From assembly GCF_018977255.1 (NCBI RefSeq), contig NW_024704743.1, forward strand, positions 38,318,001 through 38,382,000: a stretch of 64,000 nucleotides of DNA, in the 5' to 3' direction. Within the stretch, counting starts at the first letter, position 1; each line of letters opens with the position of its first letter. The DNA comes from Callorhinchus milii (lineage: Eukaryota). Positions 49,301-57,510 of the stretch are shown in pieces. A model generated the notes under the pieces. That model was not told the origin of the DNA, searched no databases, and saw only the letters and a program-made list of their open reading frames with translations. A program made the translations under genes and the position numbers.

Positions 49301-51960
49301 TTTTTCACCCGATTCCTACAAGGTAAGCGATAGCTGGGAGCTGAGTGCATGACTACTGTAATCGAATAGAGAGGACACTGTAATCTGATCGAATGGGTCA
49401 GATGACACGAAGCCGGCAGGCAGTATTTGAGACTTTACAATTACTCTCTGTACTCCTGGAGATTGGATTACACCCTTGACCTCAGTTGCCGATGTCTTAT
49501 TATTTATAACGTACCCCGTACACGAGAAGGAGATTTTTCTATTTTGGGTCAGTTGCTGTGTCAGCAACAGCTGTGTGTGCAGATGTCACTTGTTTGAGCC
49601 CAGCAAAGGAGAGAACGATACAGACTTTACTTCTGTACTATATATCTTCCTGCTGCTTTTCTGTATGCACAACTTCTACACAATTCGTTGACAAAATATA
49701 CAGTCACTACATTTTATAGTATATTGTGTGAAGAGCTTTGAGACATCTCAAAGGCGTGATAAGGCGCTGTCTCAAATGCAAGGATTATTATTATAATAGT
49801 TTACAATAGCTGTCTGATGCTTCTGATTGTCCTTGTTTAAATGCATCATTATGATTATTATTATTTTTATTAAACGTGGTGATAGAAAATAAAACCATTC
49901 ATTAATCAGAGATACAAAAAAAATCCTGGTTAGTAATACATAATAAACTCAAATATACTCAACAGGTATATGTGTTGTTTAACTAATGTCATTAAACATC
50001 TAGCTATAGATGAAAACATTTTACCTTGGGACAATCAGTTTAGACATTAAAGAGATATAGGGTGGCAATGTCCTGGATCAGATCACAGACTATCTTCATG
50101 TGTATCAGTTATTTGTGTTTTGTCATTCACACGTCGATTGGAAACCATGAAAATTGCCTGCAGTGATGGATTGGCTTCAATTTGTATGTTGAATGTCAAA
50201 TTGACAACCTGCAATATTTTGAGGTGGTCATTACACTAATTGCGGCCACCCCTTTGTAGATGTGAAAATGATGTGGATATTGAGTTATCATGGGAAATAC
50301 AGATTGGCTTCATTACTAACCAAAAAACACTTCCATCAGGAGTTATACTGTCACTATAGTACAGCTACTACATATGCTGTGCCATCCCCTCGCTCTATCT
50401 CTGTTTTTCTCTCAGACTTTCTAACTTTCTTTCTCTCTCTCTGTGAATTTATCTCTCATACTCTCTCTGATACAGTCTAAATTTCTTTCTCCCTCTGAGT
50501 CTCTCACACTCTTTCTCACTCACTATTGCTTCTTTTCCTGCGGATCCAGAGGACACTTCAACAAAGATCCTGTTTCTTTAAAGCTAATTGTTCAATACGA
50601 TTGATGTGATCTTGACTGTTGTTAGTGATGTTTTTTAAGCATGGTACCAACTATATTTGAAATGGGGTGAAGAAGGGATACTCAGAGGGACTAACAGAGA
50701 GCATGGATACCCTTGAGCGCCTCCTTATGGTGGCCTCGAGAGCAGCACTGAGAGCCATCTGACAGCAGGTCACCTTACCTGAACACAATTTGGGATTGGT
50801 GCCAAAAAGGAGGATTTTTTTTATTTAAAAAACTTACCAAATACTGTATAATTGTCAAATAATGTAATTCATTATCATCCACTTTTTAGAGCGGACCAAG
50901 GTCGCCTTCTCGACTATATAGTAAATTGGGGGAATCTGACTGAAGAGAAAGTGGCATCGTATCTCAGAGAAACTCTGGAAGCCCTCCACTATCTACACAA
51001 CTGCAGAATTGCCCACCTAGACATCAAGGTTAGTGATGCCACTCACTCAGCATTGCAAACGTTCAGACTTAACCAGCTCAATACTCCACACTAGTATTCA
51101 TGTCTTCTCAAGTTAGTCACTTTCTTTGTAAGTTTTAATTCTGTTATTTTGAACTAGAGATAAATTTACCGTAATATCCCGTGGATGAGCAGTACCGTTG
51201 CATGATTCTTATGACTTACAAGCCTGAGGGTTCAACTTGTAGCTATGTTTTAGCACTAGTTGTGCAAATTCTGTACAATAAATGGTTTTTGCAAGTCATT
51301 ATATCTGAGATACTTAATAGTGCTGTATTGACAGTGGGCAAAGCTATTTTCATAGGTTCTCAAGTTGCTGTGTTACCTGTAAACTAATCATCTTTCTTAT
51401 GTTTCTAACCATTAAAGCCAGAAAATGTGCTGGTAGACCACAGCTCAGCCAAACCACTCATCAAGCTTGCTGACTTTGGAGAAGCCGAACAGCTAACTAC
51501 AGCGTATTACATTCATCAGTTGCTGGGAAATCCTGAGTTTGCAGCACCAGAAATTATTTTAGGAAATTCTGCCTGTCTTACCTCAGACACGTGGAGCACT
51601 GGAGTGCTTGCCTATGTCCTCCTTAGTGGTGTGTCTCCGTTTTTGGATGAGTGTGTCGAGGAAACCTGCTTGAATATCTGCCGGCTGGACTTCAGCTTCC
51701 CTGACGACTATTTCAGTGGCGTCAGTCAAGCTGCCAAAGATATTGTTTGTTTCTTACTACAGGGAGATTCAAGCAAACGGCCCTCAGCTGCAGTGTGCCT
51801 CCAGGAGCCTTGGCTGCAGCCGGGCATCCACAAAAGTACTGAAATTCTGAACACGTCACGACTGACTTCCTTCATTGAACGGCGCAAACACCAGAACGAT
51901 GTTCGACCGGTTGGTAACATAAAAAACTTCTTACAAAGTAGACTCTTGCCAAGAGTGTGA
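19081..51960 (+). CDS. TRIO: TRIO (triple functional domain protein), 3' portion: 23 spliced coding exons; 5' part lies upstream of the window
   Basis: Exon peptides match TRIO ([73 protein letters not shown]...DFG...APE, C-terminal RLLPRV). All introns are GT-AG and phases join into one open frame. TRIO rather than KALRN from linker sequence, single Ig without FN3, and C-terminus. Confidence 0.97.
19895..20221 (-). mobile_element. Full-length tRNA-derived SINE, long form
   Basis: Reverse complement has gtggagttctgtagcgcattggttagagcactcgcc head through to (att)n tail. Confidence 0.92.
20243..20413 (+). CDS. TRIO: TRIO exon (RGRNEGLSS...DSQDDK)
   Basis: ttcacag|AGG...AAG|gtaagt; 171 nt. Confidence 0.95.
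21004..21063 (+). CDS. TRIO: Alternative terminal exon coding part, [19 protein letters not shown] (Solo/Trio8-like tail)
   Basis: Branch-like actaat at ~20965, pyrimidine tract, cacag acceptor; phase 0 fits the preceding exon; 19 codons then TAA; AATAAA at 21638-21647; peptide resembles the recalled mammalian Trio8 C-terminus. Confidence 0.8.
   Translation, partial: HYVDLCSVSVFSQFPYLSI
21845..21940 (+). CDS. TRIO: TRIO exon (TSSRLSVRP...VKSKM)
   Basis: cttcag|ACA...ATG|gtagga; 96 nt. Confidence 0.95.
21975..23215 (+). mobile_element. Decayed CR1 LINE interrupted by L2 (22165-22636 +) and SINE (22940-23070 -)
   Basis: [48 protein letters not shown] remnants flanking the inserts. Confidence 0.75.
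22165..22636 (+). mobile_element. L2 3' fragment
   Basis: LHWLP...[22 protein letters not shown]...TIGSRAF; conserved tail. Confidence 0.9.
23515..23669 (+). CDS. TRIO: TRIO exon (ALEDRP...LKRR)
   Basis: atacag|GCA...CGA CA|gtaagt; phase 0 to 2. Confidence 0.95.
24327..24393 (+). CDS. TRIO: TRIO exon, DH2 start ([23 protein letters not shown])
   Basis: ttctag|C TAT...GAA|gtgagt; DH CR1 motif. Confidence 0.95.
24597..24767 (-). mobile_element. L2 3' end fragment
   Basis: gcctttcacgtcgggaggacgtcccaagg tail. Confidence 0.85.
24985..25567 (-). mobile_element. L2 3' fragment
   Basis: [34 protein letters not shown]; tail. Confidence 0.92.
25882..25985 (+). CDS. TRIO: TRIO exon, DH2 ([10 protein letters not shown]...YDWHK)
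   Basis: cttcag|GGC...AAA GA|gtacgt. Confidence 0.95.
27607..27676 (+). CDS. TRIO: TRIO exon, DH2 ([24 protein letters not shown])
   Basis: ttgcag|C TTC...CAT|gtaagt. Confidence 0.95.
28164..28475 (+). mobile_element. Full-length tRNA-derived SINE, short form
   Basis: A box TAGCTCAGTGG, B box GGTTCAATTCC, body, (att)n tail. Confidence 0.92.
28629..28718 (+). CDS. TRIO: TRIO exon, DH2 ([18 protein letters not shown]...FE)
   Basis: cttaag|GAG...GAG|gtgaga; 90 nt. Confidence 0.95.
28830..29475 (+). mobile_element. L2 3' fragment
   Basis: [11 protein letters not shown]...KILIHT...[13 protein letters not shown]; tail. Confidence 0.85.
29950..30042 (+). CDS. TRIO: TRIO exon, DH2 ([10 protein letters not shown]...[14 protein letters not shown])
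   Basis: ttttag|GAT...AAG|gtgagt; DH CR3 motif. Confidence 0.96.
30599..30649 (+). CDS. TRIO: TRIO exon, DH2 ([17 protein letters not shown])
   Basis: atccag|GAC...GAG|gtatgg; 51 nt. Confidence 0.93.
31962..32039 (+). CDS. TRIO: TRIO exon, DH2 end ([26 protein letters not shown])
   Basis: atacag|AGA...GAT|gtaatt; 78 nt. Confidence 0.95.
32742..33040 (+). mobile_element. SINE long form, 5' truncated
   Basis: gggcaagtttccttact...body...tail. Confidence 0.9.
33233..33424 (+). CDS. TRIO: TRIO exon, PH2 (GKIIAQG...FKNNIK)
   Basis: tttcag|GGA...AAG|gtaatt; 192 nt. Confidence 0.95.
34006..34186 (+). CDS. TRIO: TRIO exon, PH2 (VSCLGLEEN...QRNFLN)
   Basis: tttcag|GTG...AAT G|gtactg; phase 0 to 1. 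Confidence 0.95.
35610..36334 (+). CDS. TRIO: TRIO large exon ([10 protein letters not shown] motif, Ser/Pro-rich region to TQSNG)
   Basis: cttcag|CT TTG ACA...AAC GGG|gtaaga; 725 nt, phase 1 to 0. Confidence 0.93.
39108..39355 (+). CDS. TRIO: TRIO exon, second SH3 domain
   Basis: ctgtag|AGT GAA AGT...CTA AA|gttagt; [11 protein letters not shown]...EGWIPGYVL. Confidence 0.96.
40936..41074 (+). CDS. TRIO: TRIO exon ([14 protein letters not shown]...VSVK)
   Basis: attag|G AAG TCA...AAG|gtaggc. Confidence 0.95.
43218..43245 (+). CDS. TRIO: TRIO 28-nt exon (LLNPNYIYD)
   Basis: tttcag|CTC CTG AAC...GAC G|gtgagt; needed to keep the frame between phase 0 and phase 1 neighbours. Confidence 0.93.
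43855..44068 (+). mobile_element. Deu-domain SINE 3' part
   Basis: ggctgtttgtggaatattgctgtgcgcaaattggc...gaagcgctttgagac...aaatgcaaagatt. Confidence 0.8.
44139..44301 (+). CDS. TRIO: TRIO exon, Ig-like domain first half
   Basis: ctccag|TT CCC CCT GAG...TAC AG|gtaaag; PPEF...[10 protein letters not shown]...ITWK. Confidence 0.95.
44686..44807 (+). CDS. TRIO: TRIO exon, Ig-like domain second half
   Basis: ttacag|T GAT...CTA G|gtcagt; [12 protein letters not shown]. Confidence 0.95.
44925..44960. repeat. Perfect 36-bp palindrome
   Basis: GACCATTTGAAAGACACT|AGTGTCTTTCAAATGGTC is its own reverse complement. Confidence 0.97.
46120..46198 (+). CDS. TRIO: TRIO exon, kinase start (GPGSDG...YTEVAEIGR)
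   Basis: cttcag|GA CCT...GGC AG|gtaact. Confidence 0.94.
46590..46900 (+). mobile_element. CR1 3' end remnant
   Basis: tatttttcgtctaaagggttatt...gtctgaatggcctcctcc...(tttctata)2 tail. Confidence 0.55.
47647..47847 (+). CDS. TRIO: TRIO exon, kinase N-lobe (GRFSVVK...VAAK...LILE)
   Basis: tttcag|G GGA AGG...GAA AT|gtgagt. Confidence 0.95.
48447..48750 (+). mobile_element. Full-length tRNA-derived SINE, short form, intact Pol III boxes
   Basis: TAGCTCAGTGG and GGTTCGATTCC; anticodon-like arm ctcac-tttgcaa-gtgag (TGC, Ala). Confidence 0.92.
50890..51028 (+). CDS. TRIO: TRIO exon, kinase (ADQGRLLDY...IAHLDIK)
   Basis: ttttag|A GCG GAC...AAG|gttagt. Confidence 0.95.
51418..51960 (+). CDS. TRIO: TRIO last coding exon, kinase C-lobe to stop
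   Basis: attaaag|CCA GAA AAT...DFG...FAAPE...RLLPRV TGA. Confidence 0.96.
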   Translation, partial: PENVLVDHSSAKPLIKLADFGEAEQLTTAYYIHQLLGNPEFAAPEIILGNSACLTSDTWSTGVLAYVLLSGVSPFLDECVEETCLNICRLDFSFPDDYFSGVSQAAKDIVCFLLQGDSSKRPSAAVCLQEPWLQPGIHKSTEILNTSRLTSFIERRKHQNDVRPVGNIKNFLQSRLLPRV

Positions 51961-52930
51961 CCCTAAAAGTGGAGATTTTTTACTCATTCTCTTTCACCTG
52001 CCAACAAGGTTGGGGACGGTGTCTCCAGCCAATCAGCTGTTGACTTGAATAAAACTAAGAGTGTATCAGCTGCTATACACATGTGTCAGTGTGTGGAATT
52101 ACATGCCAAGGAACCCTGCAAAAAACAGTACTTGGGATCCAGTGCCATCCATGGAATGCAATGCTGGTGGGGAGGAAAAACAAGTTCTGCACGAACAGCT
52201 GGATTCTCATATTTGACAGTATTTTATTTCCAATCCCTGGAAACCACTTTTCATACATTGTCTAGGAAATCATAGAGAACAAATCTTCATTATTGTTGTA
52301 ATATTTAATAAAACTCACTGGAGTTTGAAACTGTTAATGATGTGATTTTAAAAACAAGTTAGCCAATAAAGAACAAGTTTTCTTTTTCCTCCCCACATGG
52401 TTGTCTGTTAAAGCAACCATGGAATAATAAGACTAAACACCTGATTTTTACTGGTCATAAAGCTTTCTGATCGCCTCACCAATATTTAAATTATAATCCC
52501 ATACATTTAGCCAGATATGGCTCAAGTGTTTACTGCTGCAAGTTCAACCTCGGACCTTTTGCGTATAATAGAAAAAAAGTTGTGTTGCTCTGATTATATA
52601 TAAGCCTTACTTGTATAAAGACCGTTATCTGCCTTCAGTCTGTATTTTTTTAATGGTTTGCCATTCTGGAACTCATCCCCCCCACCCACTCATCCCCCAG
52701 CCAGGCCATCGATGCTCTCTTTTTGTTAAGGAGGGGGATTTTGGAGTTGCACCATGGCCTGTCAATCAGATTGCAGAGCAGTTAAGGAGGAATACGTACT
52801 GTAAATGCACTCATTGTATTTTACGTTTTAATTCATATCATGTGCAATGTTGTGGCTTTAACATTTTATGCAACTCTATTTATGAAGACCTCTGTTGTAT
52901 CTGTAATAAATATTAAAGAAAAGCACGTAC
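51961..52930 (+). other. TRIO: TRIO 3' UTR with polyA signals (AATAAA 52048, 52307, 52365, 52905; may extend to ATTAAA ~53316)
   Basis: Follows the stop codon; AU-rich; no recognisable repeats; TGTA elements directly before AATAAA at 52905. Confidence 0.7.
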
Positions 52931-54065
52931 TTGGTACTGCGAATAACACAGTCGTTTGAGTTCTTTATCGTGCTCCTCTTCAGTAAACCGGCTAACTACA
53001 AGAAATTGCATCGCAGTCGAGTATATTTGGGGCATGAGCAGTAATTCATCAAACCCAGGAGATGCAACTCTGCAGTATGTCTGCTTATATCTAGAGATAC
53101 TGGCAAACCAACAATACTGGGGAAGAAAAATGGGAACTCAAAACTGGATGCATTTTCATGCCAAACTCATGTTATTTTTTAATGTATAATAGCCTGTTCA
53201 ATTCCTTTTTTAAGTTTTTATCAATTTTGCATGTATATTTCTTTTGTACAGAATCCATTAAGTGTTTCACAAATAGTGCTGTAAATACTTTCTTTGCCAT
53301 CTGTTTTTTTTTCAAATTAAACATATGCTGCAACACAATTTTTTTTATTTCTTCTGAATCCATTTCTGCTCGCGCACTTCAGCACAAGAGGGCAGTCGTG
53401 AACGGCATCGCTGAGAAAACAATCGAAAGATGCTATTTTTTAATTTATAAAAAGAGAAGAGCCCATACAACATGCTTGACTTGATGGTGTGATTTGCATC
53501 TTGCATTGCACGTGAACAAAACACTTCCACAAAGTGGTGCTTCTTTAAAGAAGATCCTAGACATGCTATGGATACAGTTTCGAGTGAGAAGCCTAAACAC
53601 TATTCTTCCAGTAAATGATAACCAAAGCTCCTAATGGAATGTGCTAGCTGCCAAGCTCCATATCAGAAACACTTTCAAAAGTACTTTTATTATTATTTAT
53701 TATAACTAAGATAATGCTAATGTTTTGTAAATGCTAATCTTCCCCGTTCATCCTCATTTGCTCAATTTCCCTGTACAAATAGGGTATAACTGAAGTTCCA
53801 CAGGAAAAAGTGACCTGACTTGCTATTTGTGACCTACGTCCTTAATGAGATTAATTTTGAAAATAAACAAGGACCCCTTAACAACTGAACACACATCCAC
53901 TACCATTTTTGTCCTTGCTGCCAGGCACACCTCAACAGAATTGTTTAGAATAAAGCAGAAGGCTATCTTGCTGAGGTCTTCTCATTGAGTAGTAAGGTAT
54001 CAGATCTAGCTGACTATCTGACTGCTTGAGAATGAAATCCAACAATAAAACTGGTTCTGAAGTGA

Positions 54066-54081
54066 CTGCCACCTGGTGGAC
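54066..54081 (-). promoter_or_regulatory. CTCF core motif
   Basis: Reverse complement GTCCACCAGGTGGCAG matches consensus CCASYAGRKGGCRS exactly; intergenic position. Confidence 0.6.
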
Positions 54082-54419
54082 TTTGGAACATATTATACTT
54101 TTTCCTCAGAATTGTTATAGTGCAGATCAAATATAGCAGGGTTAGTATCGTAGAGTTACCCAAGGGGGTTAAGCTTACTCTCTGTGGCCTGGGCCTGGCA
54201 CCAGATCCCTGTTTCCCAACCATTCCCTGGATGGTTCCGCCGCGCTCTAAATATTTTTTCCGGATGGGTGAATTTCCACTGGTACCAAATAGTTGAAGAG
54301 GTGATACAAGTGGTGCCTGTGGCGTTCGTGGCAGGACCCTATTCGTGGACCAGGACCTCCTGACAGTGAAGGTTGGAGTGTGCTTGGCTGACCTTGTGTA
54401 GGCAAAGATATTGCAGAGA

Positions 54420-54699
54420 ACGTACTGTGTATTTTGTGGGTGAAACTCTGCAGCCGATTGCGCACAGCCGTGTACCGCAAAACGTCGTGGATTGAGTGAC
54501 TACATTTTTTTTAAAAAAGGAATTATTACCGCCAGAAAAGCAACCCACCAATCCACTAATAACCGGGTTCCTACTTACTGCTAGATAAACAGGCGTGTGG
54601 AGTAAGGAAACTTGCCCAACGTTTCGCCCAGCCGGGAATCAAACCCAGGTCTCTCGTTTGCGAGACGATTGCTCAAACCACTGAGCTACAGGGCTCCAC
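54420..54699 (-). mobile_element. SINE long form lacking its 3' tail
   Basis: Reverse complement gtggagccctgtagctcagtggtttgagc... to cacaaaatacacagt. Confidence 0.9.
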
Positions 54700-56634
54700 A
54701 AAAGAATGTCGGACAAGGTAGGAAGGGGAATAAGGCAAACATTTAGCAAGAGAATAAAAGTAACATAGCTTGAAGAAGATATAACCAATTTCTGAAATAT
54801 TTCTCTGAATGGGCAATTCCAGCACAAAAATAAAGTATATTGAATGCCAGAACATACAATTAACATGCAGTCGCAGAGAGCAGCAATAGGTAAGCTTGCA
54901 CGTCAGCCCTCTACAGTCAGACGTCCAGCAAAGGCCATCTGATTCCCCCAGGCTCAGCCTGACACCTCGCTTCACTAGTTTCATCCTCAGCCAGGATCAG
55001 CAAGAACGGAAAGCAACGAGAAAGCAGTAACACCAAAAATTAATAACTCATTAAAAAATATGGTTAATCAGCTCAGCCGGTCTGCTTCTCTTTGTTTTAA
55101 TCTAAAGTGGCCAATAGTCCCTCTCTTTTTTCCCCCAATTTTCTCCCCTTTTCTCCTGAAGGCAGGTTCAATGAGACCGACCGCAATCCCAAGTGGTCAT
55201 TTCGAATCATTGATATTTACAGTACAGCCCATTGAGTCTCCCAACGGCTCTCAGAGCAAGCTTTTCTTCCAATCCCATTGCCTTGCCCGATTTACTGACT
55301 CTTCACGACTGTTTGTGGGACATTGCTGTGTGCGATTGGCTGCCATATTTCGCCCACAAAATACACAGTATGTTGTGTGAAGTGCTTTGAAATGATTAAA
55401 CGTCATGATAAGGCTTTATCAAATGCAAGGATTATTATTATTACTGGTATAAACCTTGACAGTGATCATCAACAGGCTATTCAAGGTTTGAGTGGGAGGG
55501 CTGAGCCTGTTCTTGCCCAAATATACTCTCACCTTCTCCCAACATCCAAACATGTGCTCCTCGGGTAGGGTCTCTGGATAGTCATCAGGAGTGAGATTCT
55601 GGCTAATATTGCTCCTTGTTTTGAAGACAGTGAAGCAATAACAGCAACCCCAGTGCTGTTCAAGTAAACATGGCACTGTGCTCGGATCAAACATGGGACT
55701 TCCTTGAATTGTTTGTCTCACTGTCAAGCTTCTCTATCCCAGAGGCACCCTTTAGTTTTGGTCTCAGGTGTCAGCTTGGCTTGGTTGGCAGTAATGTTGC
55801 CTCTGGGTTATTTTAATGACATTTGTTTCTTTTAAGTAAATGCATTTATAGTCTTCACGCCATTTTATTGCATTTCATTTCCCAAACTACACATTCTCTG
55901 TGTGCTCTCTGATTACAACAATCCCAGTTGTGCTCTCTGAGCCATCACTTATACTAATGTATTGTTTTCAATACATTCTTAATATCCTCTTCCCATCTGG
56001 CCCGCAGAATAATTAATGTTTTGTTTGAGCTACATTGTTTAACTTCCTATTCCAGAGCGTTACGGGACAGGGAATGAATTGCAGTAGCTAATTCCTCCCC
56101 AGCTTTCTCCTTTCCTGTTTTGAAGGAACTATACATGTGGGGGCAGTTCCACAGTCACCAAACCCCTTGTCAAGATGCTTCTTCTGTCATGCAAGCTTAA
56201 ACAGTTAAACAAATATGATGGGCAACCTGTTAAGCCATGCATCACAGCTAAGTCCACTCACGTGGATTGCTTAGCTTCCGGTCACTGGATAATGATGAAT
56301 CGTAGGATTACAACTTGATCTTTGCCTTCTCTAGTACAGGGTCACTGAGCTCAATGTTCATCCGTCCCCACTAAACAGACTGAAATCAGCAAATTCCTCC
56401 CAGATCGAGGTACAAACCTTTGCTTCCTGGTGCAGAGTTAGCCTCATGTAGTTTTTTAAAATACAATATTCCTTCACTGTCCATATATGGCAGTTTTCAA
56501 TAATGACATTGTTAGACCAACAACATTCCTTGCATTTGATATATCACAATGTCAAAATGTCTCAAAGCGATTTCGCACGATTTTACTACAAAGTACAGTG
56601 ACACTATACAGTATTTGCAGGCTACTACTGTACA

Positions 56635-57510
56635 ACATCAACTTGCATTTATATAGCACCCTTTACGTGGAGCACTTAACAGCGGTGTGGTTTGACTCCG
56701 AGCTGGAAAGAGAAGGGAGGTGACTGTCGGCAGAGGAAAGTCATCGGGTGGGATTAAAGATAGGGGGCAAGATGAAGGGACTGAGGCAAGGAGTTCCAGA
56801 GATTCCAGGCATTGTGGTTGAAAGCACGACATCAATTGTAGTGTGAAGGGGACTAGGGACATTCAGGAGATCCAGCCAGGTGAGCACAGGTGGCAGGTAT
56901 AGGAGTGAGATGTTAACAGATTGGAGAGGTAGAGAGATGCCAGGGTGTGAAGAGATTTGAAAGTGAGCGTGAAGATCTTGAAATCAATCCATTCTGCAAT
57001 AAGGAGTCCTGTCCTGTAGCTCAGTGGTTAGAGCACTCGCTTTGCAAGCGAGAGACCTGAGTTCAATTCCAGGCAGGGCGAAACCTTGGGCAAGTTTCCT
57101 TACTCCACACAGAGCCTAATAATAATCCCTCCAAAACTAAAAACAATAATAAATTGGTCATTTTCAATCTACGACTGTTTGTGGGACATTGCTGTGCGCA
57201 ATTGGCTGCCGCGTTCGCCCACAAATATACAGTCAATTCACTTTACAGTGTGTTCTGTGAAGCGCTTTGGGACGTCCTCCCGACGTGAAAAGCGCTATAT
57301 CAAATGCAAAGATTAATTAATTAAGGTGGGAGGTGACAAAAGAATGAATGAGAATTTCAGCAACATTTGAAGTAGAGGAAGGTCAGGGACCGGATGTGAG
57401 GTAGGAAGGGTAACTGGGGATCGAACCTGACCTCAAGGTTGTGTAGAGGTTCAGTGAGGGATAGGCAGGGAAGGATAACGAGTTCAGAACCGTAGGTGAG
57501 AAGACATTGT
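56635..57510 (-). mobile_element. Old L2 fragment interrupted by a SINE
   Basis: Tail at 56635-56670; L2 antisense texture on both sides of the SINE (HNLEVRFDPQLPFLPHIRS remnant). Confidence 0.7.
57003..57315 (+). mobile_element. Full-length tRNA-Ala-like SINE, short form
   Basis: ctcgc-tttgcaa-gcgag arm, A/B boxes, body, tail. Confidence 0.92.

Noticed and set aside
51470..51500. Possible pseudokinase (DFGEAEQL variant)
   Set aside because: VAAK lysine, HLDIKPEN, DFG and APE are all intact
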